The notes under the pieces are model-generated. The model saw nothing but the letters and a program-made list of their open reading frames with translations, was not told the origin of the DNA and ran no database searches. Below are positions 27,682 through 38,237 of a stretch of 57,438 nucleotides of DNA, piece by piece. The number at the start of each line of letters is the position of its first letter. The first letter of the stretch is position 1. The stretch covers positions 1 to 57,438 of the forward strand of contig JAEEGM010000137.1 in assembly GCA_016280325.1 (NCBI GenBank). Direction: 5' to 3'. This stretch comes from Eubacterium sp. Its GTDB lineage: Bacteria > Bacillota > Clostridia > Lachnospirales > Lachnospiraceae. Both the position numbers and the translations under genes were made by a program.

Positions 27682-29139
27682 TTAAACTTTATAGAATTCA
27701 ACAGTAATTGTCTCATCACCATTGAACATTGTTTTCAGGAAGCTGACGCTTTGGTTGTCGCCGGGAAGATCCGTCATATCTATCGTTCCGAGAATCGTCG
27801 AGTTTATGTTCGACGTATTCTGCGATGTCATCCGGAATACGCAAAGCAGATTGTCGTTAAACATAACCAGGCTGCCCGCGGGCCACCTCGGCTCGATTTT
27901 TTCATCTTCCTTCGTATACGTAGTAGGCAAAGTCACATAATACCGATCTACCGGGTTGTACGGTATCATAAACATCTGCAACGGCACCGTTGTTGACAGC
28001 GAATTGTAAAAACTCATGGCCGCTTTGCTCGACTGGTTAACCGCCACCTTATAATCATAGCCATTGGCTACAACCCTGATTCGCGGGCCCGAATAAACCG
28101 GAACCGGAGTTGGCGTCGGCGAGGTTGACGGCTTTGCCGAAGCACTTGCCGTTGGAGCGGGAGTTACGCCGGATGGTAATGGTGTCGGCGAAGTCGATGG
28201 TCCCGGTGTCCATCCCGACGGATGTGGTGTCGGCGTCATGCCGGATGGCAACGGTGTCGGTGTCCATCCTGACGGACGCGGCGTCATCGTCGGTGCCGGC
28301 GTCGCTGTCGGCGGAACGGTCGGAAGTGTCGAGCGTACGATCGTGACACTCACCGGTCCTGTTCCCAGCGCTTCTTTCAAACCGGACGGATTCGATATCC
28401 ATCCCAGTCTCGTAAACGGATAACCGCTCGTGTGGTTTTCGTATGTCAATTCGTATCGGTTGTTACCGAACAACATAAAATCTCCGGCGACAAGCTCCGA
28501 CGGTTTATACGGATCGCCCGGATAGTACAATTCCGAATCCGCTCCGACCTTAGTATTTTTATTCTGATCAACCAGATAGAGAACCTTCGGCAGATTGTCA
28601 TACAGAAGACGTCCGCTCTCGTTATCGAGTATTGTCATCGGGAACTGCTTGGCATTGGTTCCGTTGATGATCAGTGCCGCCTGCAGTGAACTTCCCGCCG
28701 GCGCGGTCGGCGTCGCCCCACTCGGAAGTGGTGTCTCGGACGGAGTCGGTGAAGCCGAAGGATCCGTCACCTTGATCTTAACCCAGGAGGACTTGGTCTG
28801 CTTTTTCCTCCCTGACTGACAGGTTACCTTGACCTTAATCTTTACCGTTCCGGTCTTCTTCGTACGGATAAAGCCTTTTTTGGATATCGTCGCCACAGCC
28901 TTCTTACCGGAGGTGTACTTGATGGTCGTCTTGCCAAATGTATGATTCAGCTTGACACTAAGCTGGCGATTCTTACCTTTTACCAGCGAATATGTCTTCT
29001 TCGTTACTTTTTTATTGGCAAGCACAAGCTTGATGGTGATTCCCGAAGCCGCGCGCGTCCGCACGACAACCGGCGGCAAAAGGCCGATCATCAGGCACAG
29101 GCAAAGCCATATGGCGATTCGTTGCTTCATTCTACTCAT
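27682..29139 (-). CDS. Secreted protein: Ig-like domain plus two cyclophilin-like-fold domains separated by Pro/Thr/Ser linkers
   Basis: Signal peptide; basic Ig-like region (YTSGKKAVATISKKG); AGDFMLFGNN...FTRLGWI...LKEALGTG and AGSLVMFNDNLLCVF recalled as the cyclophilin-like fold; PSG(W/M/V)TP repeats. Confidence 0.75.
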   Translation of the reverse strand: MSRMKQRIAIWLCLCLMIGLLPPVVVRTRAASGITIKLVLANKKVTKKTYSLVKGKNRQLSVKLNHTFGKTTIKYTSGKKAVATISKKGFIRTKKTGTVKIKVKVTCQSGRKKQTKSSWVKIKVTDPSASPTPSETPLPSGATPTAPAGSSLQAALIINGTNAKQFPMTILDNESGRLLYDNLPKVLYLVDQNKNTKVGADSELYYPGDPYKPSELVAGDFMLFGNNRYELTYENHTSGYPFTRLGWISNPSGLKEALGTGPVSVTIVRSTLPTVPPTATPAPTMTPRPSGWTPTPLPSGMTPTPHPSGWTPGPSTSPTPLPSGVTPAPTASASAKPSTSPTPTPVPVYSGPRIRVVANGYDYKVAVNQSSKAAMSFYNSLSTTVPLQMFMIPYNPVDRYYVTLPTTYTKEDEKIEPRWPAGSLVMFNDNLLCVFRMTSQNTSNINSTILGTIDMTDLPGDNQSVSFLKTMFNGDETITVEFYKV

Positions 29140-29172
29140 ACTAAACTACCCTCCACACCAGGCACAATGTGC

Positions 29173-29209
29173 GCGCGAAAAATCAGCATATCAGTGTGAT
29201 TTTTCACAC
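29173..29209. repeat. Short palindromic element E5a
   Basis: GCGCGAAAAATCA-gcatatcagtg-TGATTTTTCACAC, near-identical to 39242-39278. Touches the TAG of the upstream gene. Confidence 0.85.
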
Positions 29210-29487
29210 TATTCTCCATGAACTTCCTTTTCCTTCTTGCTTTTCTCTATACTACGAGCCTTCTCGCGGATAAATTCATTGATCTTACTTACCATCTCAT
29301 CGGCGTCCAGCCCATGTACGCCGACCGCCTCCTCAAGCGTCTCACCGGCCGATGCCGGGCATCCGACACAATGCATCCCACTCGCCATCAGGATCGGCGC
29401 GATGGTCATATCCATCTCAAGAATCTCACCGATCAGCATATCCTTTTTTACTTCCTTCACTTCCACGATCTCACACTTCCTCTCCAT
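29209..29487 (-). CDS. DUF1858 domain protein (redox disulfide-type)
   Basis: KDMLIGEIL...GMHCVGCPASAGETLEEA...HG. The true start may be a downstream GTG. Confidence 0.9.
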   Translation of the reverse strand: MERKCEIVEVKEVKKDMLIGEILEMDMTIAPILMASGMHCVGCPASAGETLEEAVGVHGLDADEMVSKINEFIREKARSIEKSKKEKEVHGE

Positions 29488-29545
29488 CCGGCTTCACAAT
29501 AATTCGATCCGCTACGGCTTCCGAAACCGGATGCTTTTTGAAACA

Positions 29546-31474
29546 CTATACCGCTTCCTTTTCGAACCAGTCCGTCAGCTCCTCGATCGGAACCGGCTTG
29601 GAGTACTTATAACCCTGCAGATATTTCGCGCACATACGGATGCATTTTTTCTCATCCTCTTCGGTTTCGACTCCCTCGTAAAGCAAGGAATAATCGAGTG
29701 CCGCAAACATCCCTGCCAGATGCGATACCATCTTCTCCGACTTCTCATCCTCTCCGCAGGCGATAACCAGCGAACGGTCAAACTTGATGATATCAAACGG
29801 CAGTTCCATGATACGCTCAAAGTTACTGTATCCCGTTCCGAAGTCATCCAGATAAAACTTGATCCCATCCTTACGGAGTTCATTGATACGTTCCTTCACG
29901 AATCGGAACTCACTCTCATTCTGCGACTCGGTAATCTCAATCGCGATTTTGTCATTCGGTATTCCCACATCCTTGATGATCCTCTTGATATCATCACAAA
30001 ATGACGGTTCTCTCAACTCGCCTACAGAAAAATTCACGGATATACGCTGCACATGGTAGCCGCGCGCGAGCATTTTTTTGATATGAAGACAAGTCTTAAA
30101 CAGGATGATCAAACTCAACATATGAATGAAATTGTATTCCTCTGCGATCGGGATGAACACATCCGGGAACACCATACCGGTCTCCGGAAGACGCATACGC
30201 ATCAGCGCCTCCGCGGTATCGTACTTGCCGGTCGCGATATTGAGTACCGGCTGGCAGAAAACTTCGATACGCGGATCATTCAGGTTGCCCGTCTTCTTGA
30301 TATCATCAAGCTGCGACAACACATAATTCATCCGATGGAAGTCAGCAAACTCCTGCTCACCGGCAATCATTACGGAGTTTATCTCCATCTTGCTCTCGAC
30401 AAACTGAAGGAAACGGATGTAATCATGCTTGGCACTGATCCTCTCCTCCGTCGGAAGATAGACAATCTTGTAATCCAACTGAAACTTCTTGTATGCCTCA
30501 TAAAAGTTTTCAAGCATCCGGCGACCGCCCTCGATATAGTCCGGATTCTTCTTCGTTGTTATGACGAGGGCCATACGACCGTTTGATATCTGGAAGAGCA
30601 CTGCCCCTTTGAAAAATTCATGCGCGAATGCACGAACCAACTGCTGGATCTCAGGCGGATAGTGCTTTCCGGTCCCTTCAAATCCCGGCATATACAAACA
30701 CATCAGATACCGCTCCTCGTGACGTCTGTTTGCGTAGGTGATCATATCCTCAAACGCATCGACATTTACCGAGCCGATCTCAATGTTGTACGGATTTGAA
30801 TGGATCATATAGAACAGCGTAAGAATCGGGAACAAAAAGCATACACTTGTAAAAGACATCTGCCTGTGGCTTCCCTGTATTCCCATCATCGTGATTGATA
30901 TTAAAAATGTTCCCATGATGCCATACAACAACTGACGAATGATGCGCCCCCGATAAACCAAAAGGAGCCAGGCAATGAGCACGAAGAAGTAGAAATACGA
31001 AACCACAAACAGGTAAATAAATCCCTCGTGTATTTCTCCGTCAGCCGTGATATAATACCCCAGTTTGGTAACGGTTCCGATAACATCATACAGCGTGAAA
31101 AACACAAGCCCCGCATGCGCTATCATGACGTAAACTTTTCCTTCCCGTTCATCGAGCTGAAGCGGAAACATGACATAACGCACATAGAGAAACAGGATCA
31201 ACAGATATCCGAAATGCGTCAATCCACGTGTCAGGTATATCCAAATCGGCGCCACTTCCCCAAGCGAGTTGAGGAGAATATGATACATCATACTGGATAT
31301 TGTCGTAACCATCAGAGAACCGATCATCGCCTGAAGGATACGATAGTTTTTGGTGTGAACATTGTATGCCACCTTCATCAGGACAAGCAGAACCAGACAT
31401 AACCCCAACACGGAAACATCACCGACAGGTGTGTAATTCTCATAATATGTGATTGCTGTGCTTACCGGTTCCAT
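29546..31474 (-). CDS. Membrane-bound EAL domain c-di-GMP phosphodiesterase
   Basis: About 7 TMs, degenerate middle domain, QP, AEAL, IEITES, LDDFGTGYS, KFDRS, EGVE and QGY. Confidence 0.92.
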   Translation of the reverse strand: MEPVSTAITYYENYTPVGDVSVLGLCLVLLVLMKVAYNVHTKNYRILQAMIGSLMVTTISSMMYHILLNSLGEVAPIWIYLTRGLTHFGYLLILFLYVRYVMFPLQLDEREGKVYVMIAHAGLVFFTLYDVIGTVTKLGYYITADGEIHEGFIYLFVVSYFYFFVLIAWLLLVYRGRIIRQLLYGIMGTFLISITMMGIQGSHRQMSFTSVCFLFPILTLFYMIHSNPYNIEIGSVNVDAFEDMITYANRRHEERYLMCLYMPGFEGTGKHYPPEIQQLVRAFAHEFFKGAVLFQISNGRMALVITTKKNPDYIEGGRRMLENFYEAYKKFQLDYKIVYLPTEERISAKHDYIRFLQFVESKMEINSVMIAGEQEFADFHRMNYVLSQLDDIKKTGNLNDPRIEVFCQPVLNIATGKYDTAEALMRMRLPETGMVFPDVFIPIAEEYNFIHMLSLIILFKTCLHIKKMLARGYHVQRISVNFSVGELREPSFCDDIKRIIKDVGIPNDKIAIEITESQNESEFRFVKERINELRKDGIKFYLDDFGTGYSNFERIMELPFDIIKFDRSLVIACGEDEKSEKMVSHLAGMFAALDYSLLYEGVETEEDEKKCIRMCAKYLQGYKYSKPVPIEELTDWFEKEAV

Positions 31475-31483
31475 AGCGCTACC

Positions 31484-32980
31484 TCACTCTCCGATAACCA
31501 GTGCTGCCCGTATCGCTTTCTCCCAACCCTTCAGCTTCTCACTTCGTTCCTCTTCACTGATCTGCGGTTCAAAACTCCTGTCTATCGACTGATTGGCCAG
31601 AATCTCCGCTTCATTTTTCCAATAACCGACCGCGAGTCCTGCCAGATACGCTGCTCCCACCGCCGTGCTCTCCAGCAACTTCGGCCTGACGACCTGTGTG
31701 TCAATGATATCCGCCTGCGCCTGCATCAAAAAATCATTCGCCGACGCACCACCATCCACCTTCAGTGAACGAATCTTTACGCCCGAATCCGCTTCCATCG
31801 CACGCGTCACATCGTGTGTCTGATATGCGATGGATTCCAATGTTGCCCGCACAATATGATACTTATTCACGCCACGCGTAAGACCGACGATCGTGCCTCT
31901 CGCATACTGGTTCCAATACGGAGCTCCGAGTCCCGTAAAGGCCGGTACCACATAGCAACCGTTGGTGTCCGGGTACTTCGTCGCCATATACTCGGTATCA
32001 TCCGCCGCATCGATCAGACGAAGCTCGTCTCTGAGCCACTGGATCGATGCACCTGCGATAAAAATAGACCCTTCCAACGCGTAATATACCTTGCCACCCA
32101 CACCCCACGCGATCGTGGTCACGAGGCCATTTTTCGAGAAAACCGGCTTCTCTCCCGTGTTCATCAGAAGGAAGCAACCGGTGCCGTAGGTATTCTTCGC
32201 ATCTCCCTGTGTAAAGCAGGTCTGCCCGAACAGCGCCGCCTGCTGATCACCGGCGATCCCGGCGATACGGATGCGCCCGCCCAGATACTTCGGATCGGTC
32301 CGCCCGTACACCTCGCTGGACGGTCTCACCTCCGGCAGCATTTGCGCGGGGATATCCAGTTCGTGTAATATATCGTCATCCCACATCAGAGAGTTTATAT
32401 TAAACATCATCGTGCGAGACGCGTTCGAATAATCAGTCACATGAACGCGACCTTTCGTCAGCTTCCAAATCAGCCATGTATCCACGGTTCCGAAGCAAAG
32501 TTCCCCGTGCTTTGCTCTGGTCCTCGCGCCATCGACATTGTCGAGGATCCACTTCAGCTTCGTCGCGGAGAAATACGCGTCGATCACAAGACCTGTCTTG
32601 GCACGGATCGTATCGATCAGTCCCTTTTCTTTCAGCTTGTCGCAGTACTCTGAAGTCCTACGGCACTGCCAGACGATCGCGTTGTAGATCGGCTCGCCGG
32701 TCTTGCTATCCCAGACGATGGTTGTCTCACGCTGGTTGGTGATACCGATTCCGGCGATATCATCCGCGGTCACCCCGGCCTTCGACATCGCCTCGACCAT
32801 CACGCCGAGCATCGTCGACCAGATCTCATTGGCGTCATGTTCCACCCAGCCGGGGTGAGGAAAATACTGTGTAAACTCCTTCTGCGCCACGGAAACGATC
32901 CGTCCGTTTTTATCAAAGAGGATGCAACGGTTCGACGTCGTCCCGGCATCCAAAGCCATCATAAACTGTTTCTTTGCCAT
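31484..32980 (-). CDS. glpK: Glycerol kinase
   Basis: [34 protein letters not shown] and DGGASAN. Start placed at ATG 32980. Confidence 0.97.
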   Translation of the reverse strand: MAKKQFMMALDAGTTSNRCILFDKNGRIVSVAQKEFTQYFPHPGWVEHDANEIWSTMLGVMVEAMSKAGVTADDIAGIGITNQRETTIVWDSKTGEPIYNAIVWQCRRTSEYCDKLKEKGLIDTIRAKTGLVIDAYFSATKLKWILDNVDGARTRAKHGELCFGTVDTWLIWKLTKGRVHVTDYSNASRTMMFNINSLMWDDDILHELDIPAQMLPEVRPSSEVYGRTDPKYLGGRIRIAGIAGDQQAALFGQTCFTQGDAKNTYGTGCFLLMNTGEKPVFSKNGLVTTIAWGVGGKVYYALEGSIFIAGASIQWLRDELRLIDAADDTEYMATKYPDTNGCYVVPAFTGLGAPYWNQYARGTIVGLTRGVNKYHIVRATLESIAYQTHDVTRAMEADSGVKIRSLKVDGGASANDFLMQAQADIIDTQVVRPKLLESTAVGAAYLAGLAVGYWKNEAEILANQSIDRSFEPQISEEERSEKLKGWEKAIRAALVIGE

Positions 32981-32981
32981 C

Positions 32982-33719
32982 TTATCCCTCATAGAGCTCC
33001 CGCACCTCATCGGTGTAAGTGCCGTCATTTTTATAGATCACCAGCGGCTTCTCCACCACCATGCCGGAGTTGCCTCCGCGTACGCCCTCGATCAGGACCA
33101 TGTTCGGATCCTTGTCCGCGTGCGGGTAGACCATCCGCAGGCGCTTCGGCTCGAGTCCTTCTTCCACCATTCCGTGCAGGATCTCCGCCAATCGAAACGG
33201 CCGGTGTACCATGTAAAAATGTCCTCCCGAGACTAGCAAGCGCTTCGCCGCTTCGACCAGCTCTGCCAACGACAATCGCAGTTCATGTCTGGCGATCGCC
33301 TTGTGGTCGGTGGGATTGATCAGTCCGCCCGTCTCTGTCAGATAGGGCGGGTTGCAGGTAACCACCTGCGTGCTTGCCGCACCGTAGATCGCGACGGCTT
33401 CCTTCACATCTCCCTCTCGGATGAAAACTTTCTCCTCGAGGTGATTGTACCGAACCGAACGCGTCGCCATATCGGCGATATCCGCCTGGATCTCCAATCC
33501 GTCAAAGCGAGCTCCCTTCGTACGGGCACTGAGCAGGATCGGGATTACACCATTACCGGTGCACAGATCGATCACACGCTCACCTTCGCCGACCCTTGTG
33601 AAAGCGGAAAGCAGAACCGCGTCCATCCCAAAGCAAAACCAGTTCGGATTCTGGATCAGCCTAAGACCATCTCTTTGCAGATCATCGAGGCGTTCACCCT
33701 CGCGCAGCCACTCCGTCAT
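32982..33719 (-). CDS. tRNA1(Val) A37 N6-methyltransferase family (YabB/YfiC-like)
   Basis: [20 protein letters not shown] and ARHE. Confidence 0.9.
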   Translation of the reverse strand: MTEWLREGERLDDLQRDGLRLIQNPNWFCFGMDAVLLSAFTRVGEGERVIDLCTGNGVIPILLSARTKGARFDGLEIQADIADMATRSVRYNHLEEKVFIREGDVKEAVAIYGAASTQVVTCNPPYLTETGGLINPTDHKAIARHELRLSLAELVEAAKRLLVSGGHFYMVHRPFRLAEILHGMVEEGLEPKRLRMVYPHADKDPNMVLIEGVRGGNSGMVVEKPLVIYKNDGTYTDEVRELYEG

Positions 33720-33751
33720 CGGTCTCTCCTGTATAGCAAGGCCGGATCACT

Positions 33752-34681
33752 TCAGTCATCCAGCTTTGACTTTCCATCATTTTTTTCCATCTGCTCGAGC
33801 TTCTCAAGATCGGAATCATGCTTACCCTTGCCACCACGATTCTTGTCACGGTTCTTATCACGGCTCCGTCCCTTGAACTTAAGCTCCTTCACATCGTAAT
33901 CACGAACTTCCTTTTCTTCCTTGTCAAGTTCAACGATCACGCGAACACGCTGCTTGAGGACACTGACACTCTGCACCTCACCCTTCAGCCCCTCCGGCGT
34001 CTTCACATACTCGCCGACATTCGGAAGGTGAGAATTGAGTTCCTCATAAGCGAGCTCCTCATTTTTCAGACAACACATCAGGCGCCCGCACACACCGGAA
34101 ATCTTGCTCGGATTGAGTGAAAGACTCTGCTCCTTCGCCATCTTGATCGACACCGGCGCGAACTCCGAGAGATAGCTGTTGCAGCAGAGTTCCCTGCCGC
34201 AGATGCCGATACCGCCGCAGATCTTCGTCTCGTCACGAACACCGATCTGCCTGAGCTCGATACGGGTACGAAAAACACCGGCCAGGTCCTTCACCAGCTC
34301 GCGGAAGTCGACACGTCCGTCCGCCGTAAAATAAAACAATAGTTTGTTGCGGTCAAACGTGTACTCCGCGCCGATCAGCTTCATCTCCAGCCCATGACGG
34401 GCGATCTTCGTCTTGCAGATATCGAAGGCTTCCTTCTCCTTCTCGCGGTTATTTTTATCCGTCTCCTCGTCCTTTTCGTTGGCGATACGGACGATCTTTT
34501 TGATATTGCCACCGAGCTTCTCCTCAGCCATCTCGGTATTTGGGAGGATCACGGTACCGATCTCCGTCCCCTTCGCGGTCGCCACGATGACACGCTGACC
34601 GCGTGCGAGCTGTTCGCGGCCGGGATCAAAATAGTAAACCCGTCCCGCCTGTCTGAATCTCACACCTACAACTGTTCTCAT
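33752..34681 (-). CDS. yaaT: PSP1 domain protein YaaT/RicT
   Basis: RVDFRELVKDLA, CGRELCC and CGRLMCCL. Confidence 0.95.
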   Translation of the reverse strand: MRTVVGVRFRQAGRVYYFDPGREQLARGQRVIVATAKGTEIGTVILPNTEMAEEKLGGNIKKIVRIANEKDEETDKNNREKEKEAFDICKTKIARHGLEMKLIGAEYTFDRNKLLFYFTADGRVDFRELVKDLAGVFRTRIELRQIGVRDETKICGGIGICGRELCCNSYLSEFAPVSIKMAKEQSLSLNPSKISGVCGRLMCCLKNEELAYEELNSHLPNVGEYVKTPEGLKGEVQSVSVLKQRVRVIVELDKEEKEVRDYDVKELKFKGRSRDKNRDKNRGGKGKHDSDLEKLEQMEKNDGKSKLDD

Positions 34682-34692
34682 CTGTTTTTACC

Positions 34693-35685
34693 TCATTCCT
34701 TCATCGTTGCAAACATCAGCTCCATGGTGATGTCTACGTTGACATTTGCCTTCAGGCGCACCTTCGCGCGGTCAAATGCCTGTATGATATCTTCGATCTT
34801 TTCATAACTTCGATGCTGCGCTTCCATCGCGATCGCCTGTGACTCATTCTGAAAAATCAACTGATTGATGTTTTTCGTTGCTTTAAAAATGAGCACATCG
34901 CGATACCACAGCATCATCAGATCGATATAATCTCTGAACTCTTCCCGCTTCGCGCCGAGACTTTTGGCGGTCTCCACCATGTCCGTCACATCGATGCGGT
35001 CGACATTTTTCAGGATCTCGATGATCTTATTTTTACGCTTTACGAACTCATCCGACGCGTCGGCGTAGCGGATTGCCTTACCGATATTGCCCTGCGCGAA
35101 CGCGGCGCTCTCCTTCGCGATGTAGTCCGGCGTCCCGCACTGTGTCCGCAAAAACTCCTCGACCGTGCCGGTGGACAGCGGGTAAAACTCCATCGTCAGA
35201 CAGCGCGACTGGATCGTCGGCAGAAGTTCGGAAATATTGCTCGTCAAAAGCAATATCACCGCGTACTCCGGCGGCTCCTCCAATGTCTTCAGAAGGGCGT
35301 TCTGCGTCGCCTCGTTCAGCCGTTCCGCTTCCTGGATGATGTAGATCTTGTACGGGCTGGAGTAGGGACGGATATCGATCGTCCCGATCACCTGCTCACG
35401 GATCTCCGCGATGGAATAATCCGTTCCCGCGTGTGTTACCCAGATCACATCCGGCGCGTTGCCCGACTCGATCTGACGGCAGGCGATACACTCCTTACAC
35501 GGCTTCTCATGCCCCTTATCATCCTGACACTGAAGACCGGCGGCAAAGGTCTTTGCCATCGTCTCCTTGCCGACACCGATATCCCCGTCAAAAATGTAAG
35601 CATGGAAGGGATTCTTTTTCTTGATGGCCTCTATGAGATGATCCTTGATCTCCTCGTGGCCGACTATCTCTGAAAATGAAAACAT
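34693..35685 (-). CDS. holB: DNA polymerase III subunit delta-prime
   Basis: HAYIF, zinc motif C...CKECIAC, NALLKTLEEPP and TIQSRC; yaaR-holB-yaaT synteny. Confidence 0.92.
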   Translation of the reverse strand: MFSFSEIVGHEEIKDHLIEAIKKKNPFHAYIFDGDIGVGKETMAKTFAAGLQCQDDKGHEKPCKECIACRQIESGNAPDVIWVTHAGTDYSIAEIREQVIGTIDIRPYSSPYKIYIIQEAERLNEATQNALLKTLEEPPEYAVILLLTSNISELLPTIQSRCLTMEFYPLSTGTVEEFLRTQCGTPDYIAKESAAFAQGNIGKAIRYADASDEFVKRKNKIIEILKNVDRIDVTDMVETAKSLGAKREEFRDYIDLMMLWYRDVLIFKATKNINQLIFQNESQAIAMEAQHRSYEKIEDIIQAFDRAKVRLKANVNVDITMELMFATMKE

Positions 35686-35725
35686 AGCTCCTCCTTTGAT
35701 GGTGCAGCGATCCTTTTCACTTTTT

Positions 35726-36169
35726 TCAGGTTACAATATCCAACAACAGGCCCCGGATCTCATCGACCTTATCCAGTATGGTTATCGCGTCTTTCTCGTC
35801 TTTGAGCAGTTCCCCGGCCAGTTCGTCGAGCGCCGCATCCACACGCTTGATCATACCGTAGACACGATGGCGGCCGCGACGGTCAAGAAAGTTCTCTCTG
35901 GAAAACTTATGAGATCGGTTGACCACTTCGTTCAAAAATTCCTTGATCAGGGCACGATAGTGTTTCATATCGCGAATGTCCATGTGCTTGCCAAGCTTCT
36001 TCCCCTGCTGGGTGATCTCTTTCATCATCCCGTCCAGGCGCTCCGCCAGGCCGTCTTCCTCAATCTTGGACATCAGCGTGAACTTAAACTGTTCATCCGA
36101 ATTCTGTACCTGCTTCGACTCCGCGGTCTGGTTAACCTGCTGCATCGAATCGATACGGATGTTGTCCAT
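35726..36169 (-). CDS. yaaR: YaaR family protein (DUF327)
   Basis: YRALIKEFL...EIRGLLLD and synteny. Start placed at ATG 36169 after GGAGG. Confidence 0.9.
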   Translation of the reverse strand: MDNIRIDSMQQVNQTAESKQVQNSDEQFKFTLMSKIEEDGLAERLDGMMKEITQQGKKLGKHMDIRDMKHYRALIKEFLNEVVNRSHKFSRENFLDRRGRHRVYGMIKRVDAALDELAGELLKDEKDAITILDKVDEIRGLLLDIVT

Positions 36170-36258
36170 GCGATCACCTCCTCGTGCCTTTCGGGGGAAT
36201 CCAAACACCCCTTGTGGATATCTAATCTATTATAGCATAAAAATTCCGTTCCCGCAAG

Positions 36259-36852
36259 TCAAACCGCGTCTTCGTCCCCTGCGAGAATCTGCTCGATCTG
36301 TCCAAGCGCTTCCGACAGATCCTGATTGCAAACCCGTCTCGTGATGCCGGCCTGCGAGAGTCGTTCCTCCGAGAAATCCTCGTCATCTGCCAGGTATCTC
36401 CGGCACACCTCGGCGATACACGGTGTCTCTTCTTTTTTCTCGCGGCCGAGCGCCCGCTCGATACGGGTCACATCACTCACCTCGATATAGATCGGGACCA
36501 CCCGGTCAGCACCAAAGTAATCGCGGATCTGTTCGTACCCCTCGAGCGTCGTGATCATAATATGGTTCTCATCACCGGCAAGCTGCTCGTCCTCTGCCGT
36601 GAAGTAATACCAGTCCCCGCGCATCGTATGATAGCAGCGGCTCTCAATGATCTTTTTATCCTTCTCCATGTCACGCATCGTTTCTTCATCAACAAAGCGG
36701 TATTCTTCGCCCTCTTTTTCTCCCTCACGGATCGGGCGTGTCGTATACGGGATCACCGGCAGAAGTTCCGGATGACGTTCCCGGATGCGGACGTAGAGCG
36801 TATCCTTTCCGGTAGCGCTTTTCCCCATGACAATGTATAGTTTTCCGTTCAT
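36259..36852 (-). CDS. Guanylate kinase-like protein
   Basis: P-loop GKSATGKDT and YTTRPIREGEKEGEEYRF. Confidence 0.85.
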   Translation of the reverse strand: MNGKLYIVMGKSATGKDTLYVRIRERHPELLPVIPYTTRPIREGEKEGEEYRFVDEETMRDMEKDKKIIESRCYHTMRGDWYYFTAEDEQLAGDENHIMITTLEGYEQIRDYFGADRVVPIYIEVSDVTRIERALGREKKEETPCIAEVCRRYLADDEDFSEERLSQAGITRRVCNQDLSEALGQIEQILAGDEDAV

Positions 36853-36912
36853 ACTGTTCCTCTATCCCGGGCCAAAGCAGCCCTTCTTCCTGTATCTTAA
36901 GTTGCTCCAAGA

Positions 36913-38043
36913 TCATGTCATCATCAGCGATGCCAGACGTTTCAGCGTCTCCGGCATATCCGTAGGCGCGGTCATCAGGATCACATGTCCTTCCTCGACT
37001 CGCTCCGGCTCGATCCGCTGCCCCAAAAGCTGACCGGCCAGTGTCGGCCCGTCACCGAGCAGGATGAGCTTCGAGGGGTCTCTGCCTTCCGGCGGAAGCA
37101 TCGGAATCCCCGGCGTATGCGTACCGTCCGCACGGTGGCGTGTCTTCTCAGCGGCTTCATATATCTTTCGAAGCCCCTTATCGTACTCCCGAAAGGCCGG
37201 TATTCCCTGCCTTTCCTGCCAGGTCAGGCATTGGTCGATCGACGCCATCAAAACATAGGACGGCGAGCTGGTGATAAACATATCGTGCCGGTTCATCACC
37301 GTTTCCTCGCTTACCCGGTCCGTCATGCGGTGCAGTACCGCCGTCTGCGTCAGAGCGGGGAGTGTTTTGTGAAGACTCTCCACGACGAAATCAGCCCCCA
37401 GCATCGTGGCCGGCTTCGGCCATGTGAGCGTCAGTCCCGCGGTGTGTGCCGCCAGTGTCAGATGCGCTCCGTGCGCCTCATCTACGATCAGGATCGTTCC
37501 GTAATGATGAACGATATCCGCGATCGCCTCCACATCACTGATTACTCCCTCATAGGTCGGAGAGGTGATGACCATAGCAGCCGGTGTTCGTCCGGCACTC
37601 GCCAGATGTTTGAACAGATCCTCCACGTCCTCCGGCCGGATTGGTCCCGGGATACGGGTTTCTTCATCGATATCCGGTCGCACGATCCGCACGGATTTGA
37701 GTCCGAGAAGTTCTACGGCATGCGGTACCGAACGATGGCAGTTGGCATCCGTCACGATCACGTCACCACGCTGACAGGAAGACGCGATGGCAATCATGTT
37801 GCCGGAGGTGGAACCGTTAACCAGAAGGTAGGTTCCCCGTGTCTCGTAATACTGACGGAAGCGTTCCATCAGATCGCGGATCACGCCGGTGGGATGATGC
37901 AGATCGTCCATGCCCTCAACCTCAGTGATGTCGATCGCGTAGGGGTTTTCCATGCGAAAGGCGGGGTTGCGTTTGTGGCCGGGCATGTGAAGCGGCGTCA
38001 TTCCGCGCATGATGTATTGTTGCAGGGATTGATATAAAGTCAT
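36913..38043 (-). CDS. Orn/Lys/Arg decarboxylase family PLP enzyme (YaaO-like), C-terminally short
   Basis: HMPGHK, NGSTSG, TSPTYEG, DEAHGAH, SLHKT and SSPSY. Start placed at ATG 38043. Confidence 0.88.
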   Translation of the reverse strand: MTLYQSLQQYIMRGMTPLHMPGHKRNPAFRMENPYAIDITEVEGMDDLHHPTGVIRDLMERFRQYYETRGTYLLVNGSTSGNMIAIASSCQRGDVIVTDANCHRSVPHAVELLGLKSVRIVRPDIDEETRIPGPIRPEDVEDLFKHLASAGRTPAAMVITSPTYEGVISDVEAIADIVHHYGTILIVDEAHGAHLTLAAHTAGLTLTWPKPATMLGADFVVESLHKTLPALTQTAVLHRMTDRVSEETVMNRHDMFITSSPSYVLMASIDQCLTWQERQGIPAFREYDKGLRKIYEAAEKTRHRADGTHTPGIPMLPPEGRDPSKLILLGDGPTLAGQLLGQRIEPERVEEGHVILMTAPTDMPETLKRLASLMMT

Positions 38044-38076
38044 GAGCGTTTCTCCCGAACGATGTAAGGCACAACC

Positions 38077-38154
38077 GCGTGGAGCGCAGTCAGAGCTTTT
38101 CTTCCTCGTCACCCTATAAAGGTTCCTCGGAAGAAAACTCTTGCCGCTCCACGC
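38077..38154. repeat. Palindromic element E4, homologous to the E3 core
   Basis: GCGTGGAGCG...CGCTCCACGC. Aligns with 27585-27657 with compensatory substitutions. Confidence 0.8.
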
Positions 38155-38237
38155 TGATTGGTTTACGACAATTACGATATAAACACTGATAAAACTAGTT
38201 CTATCTGTTTCTTTCTTGCTTCTTTCTGCGGTTTGTA

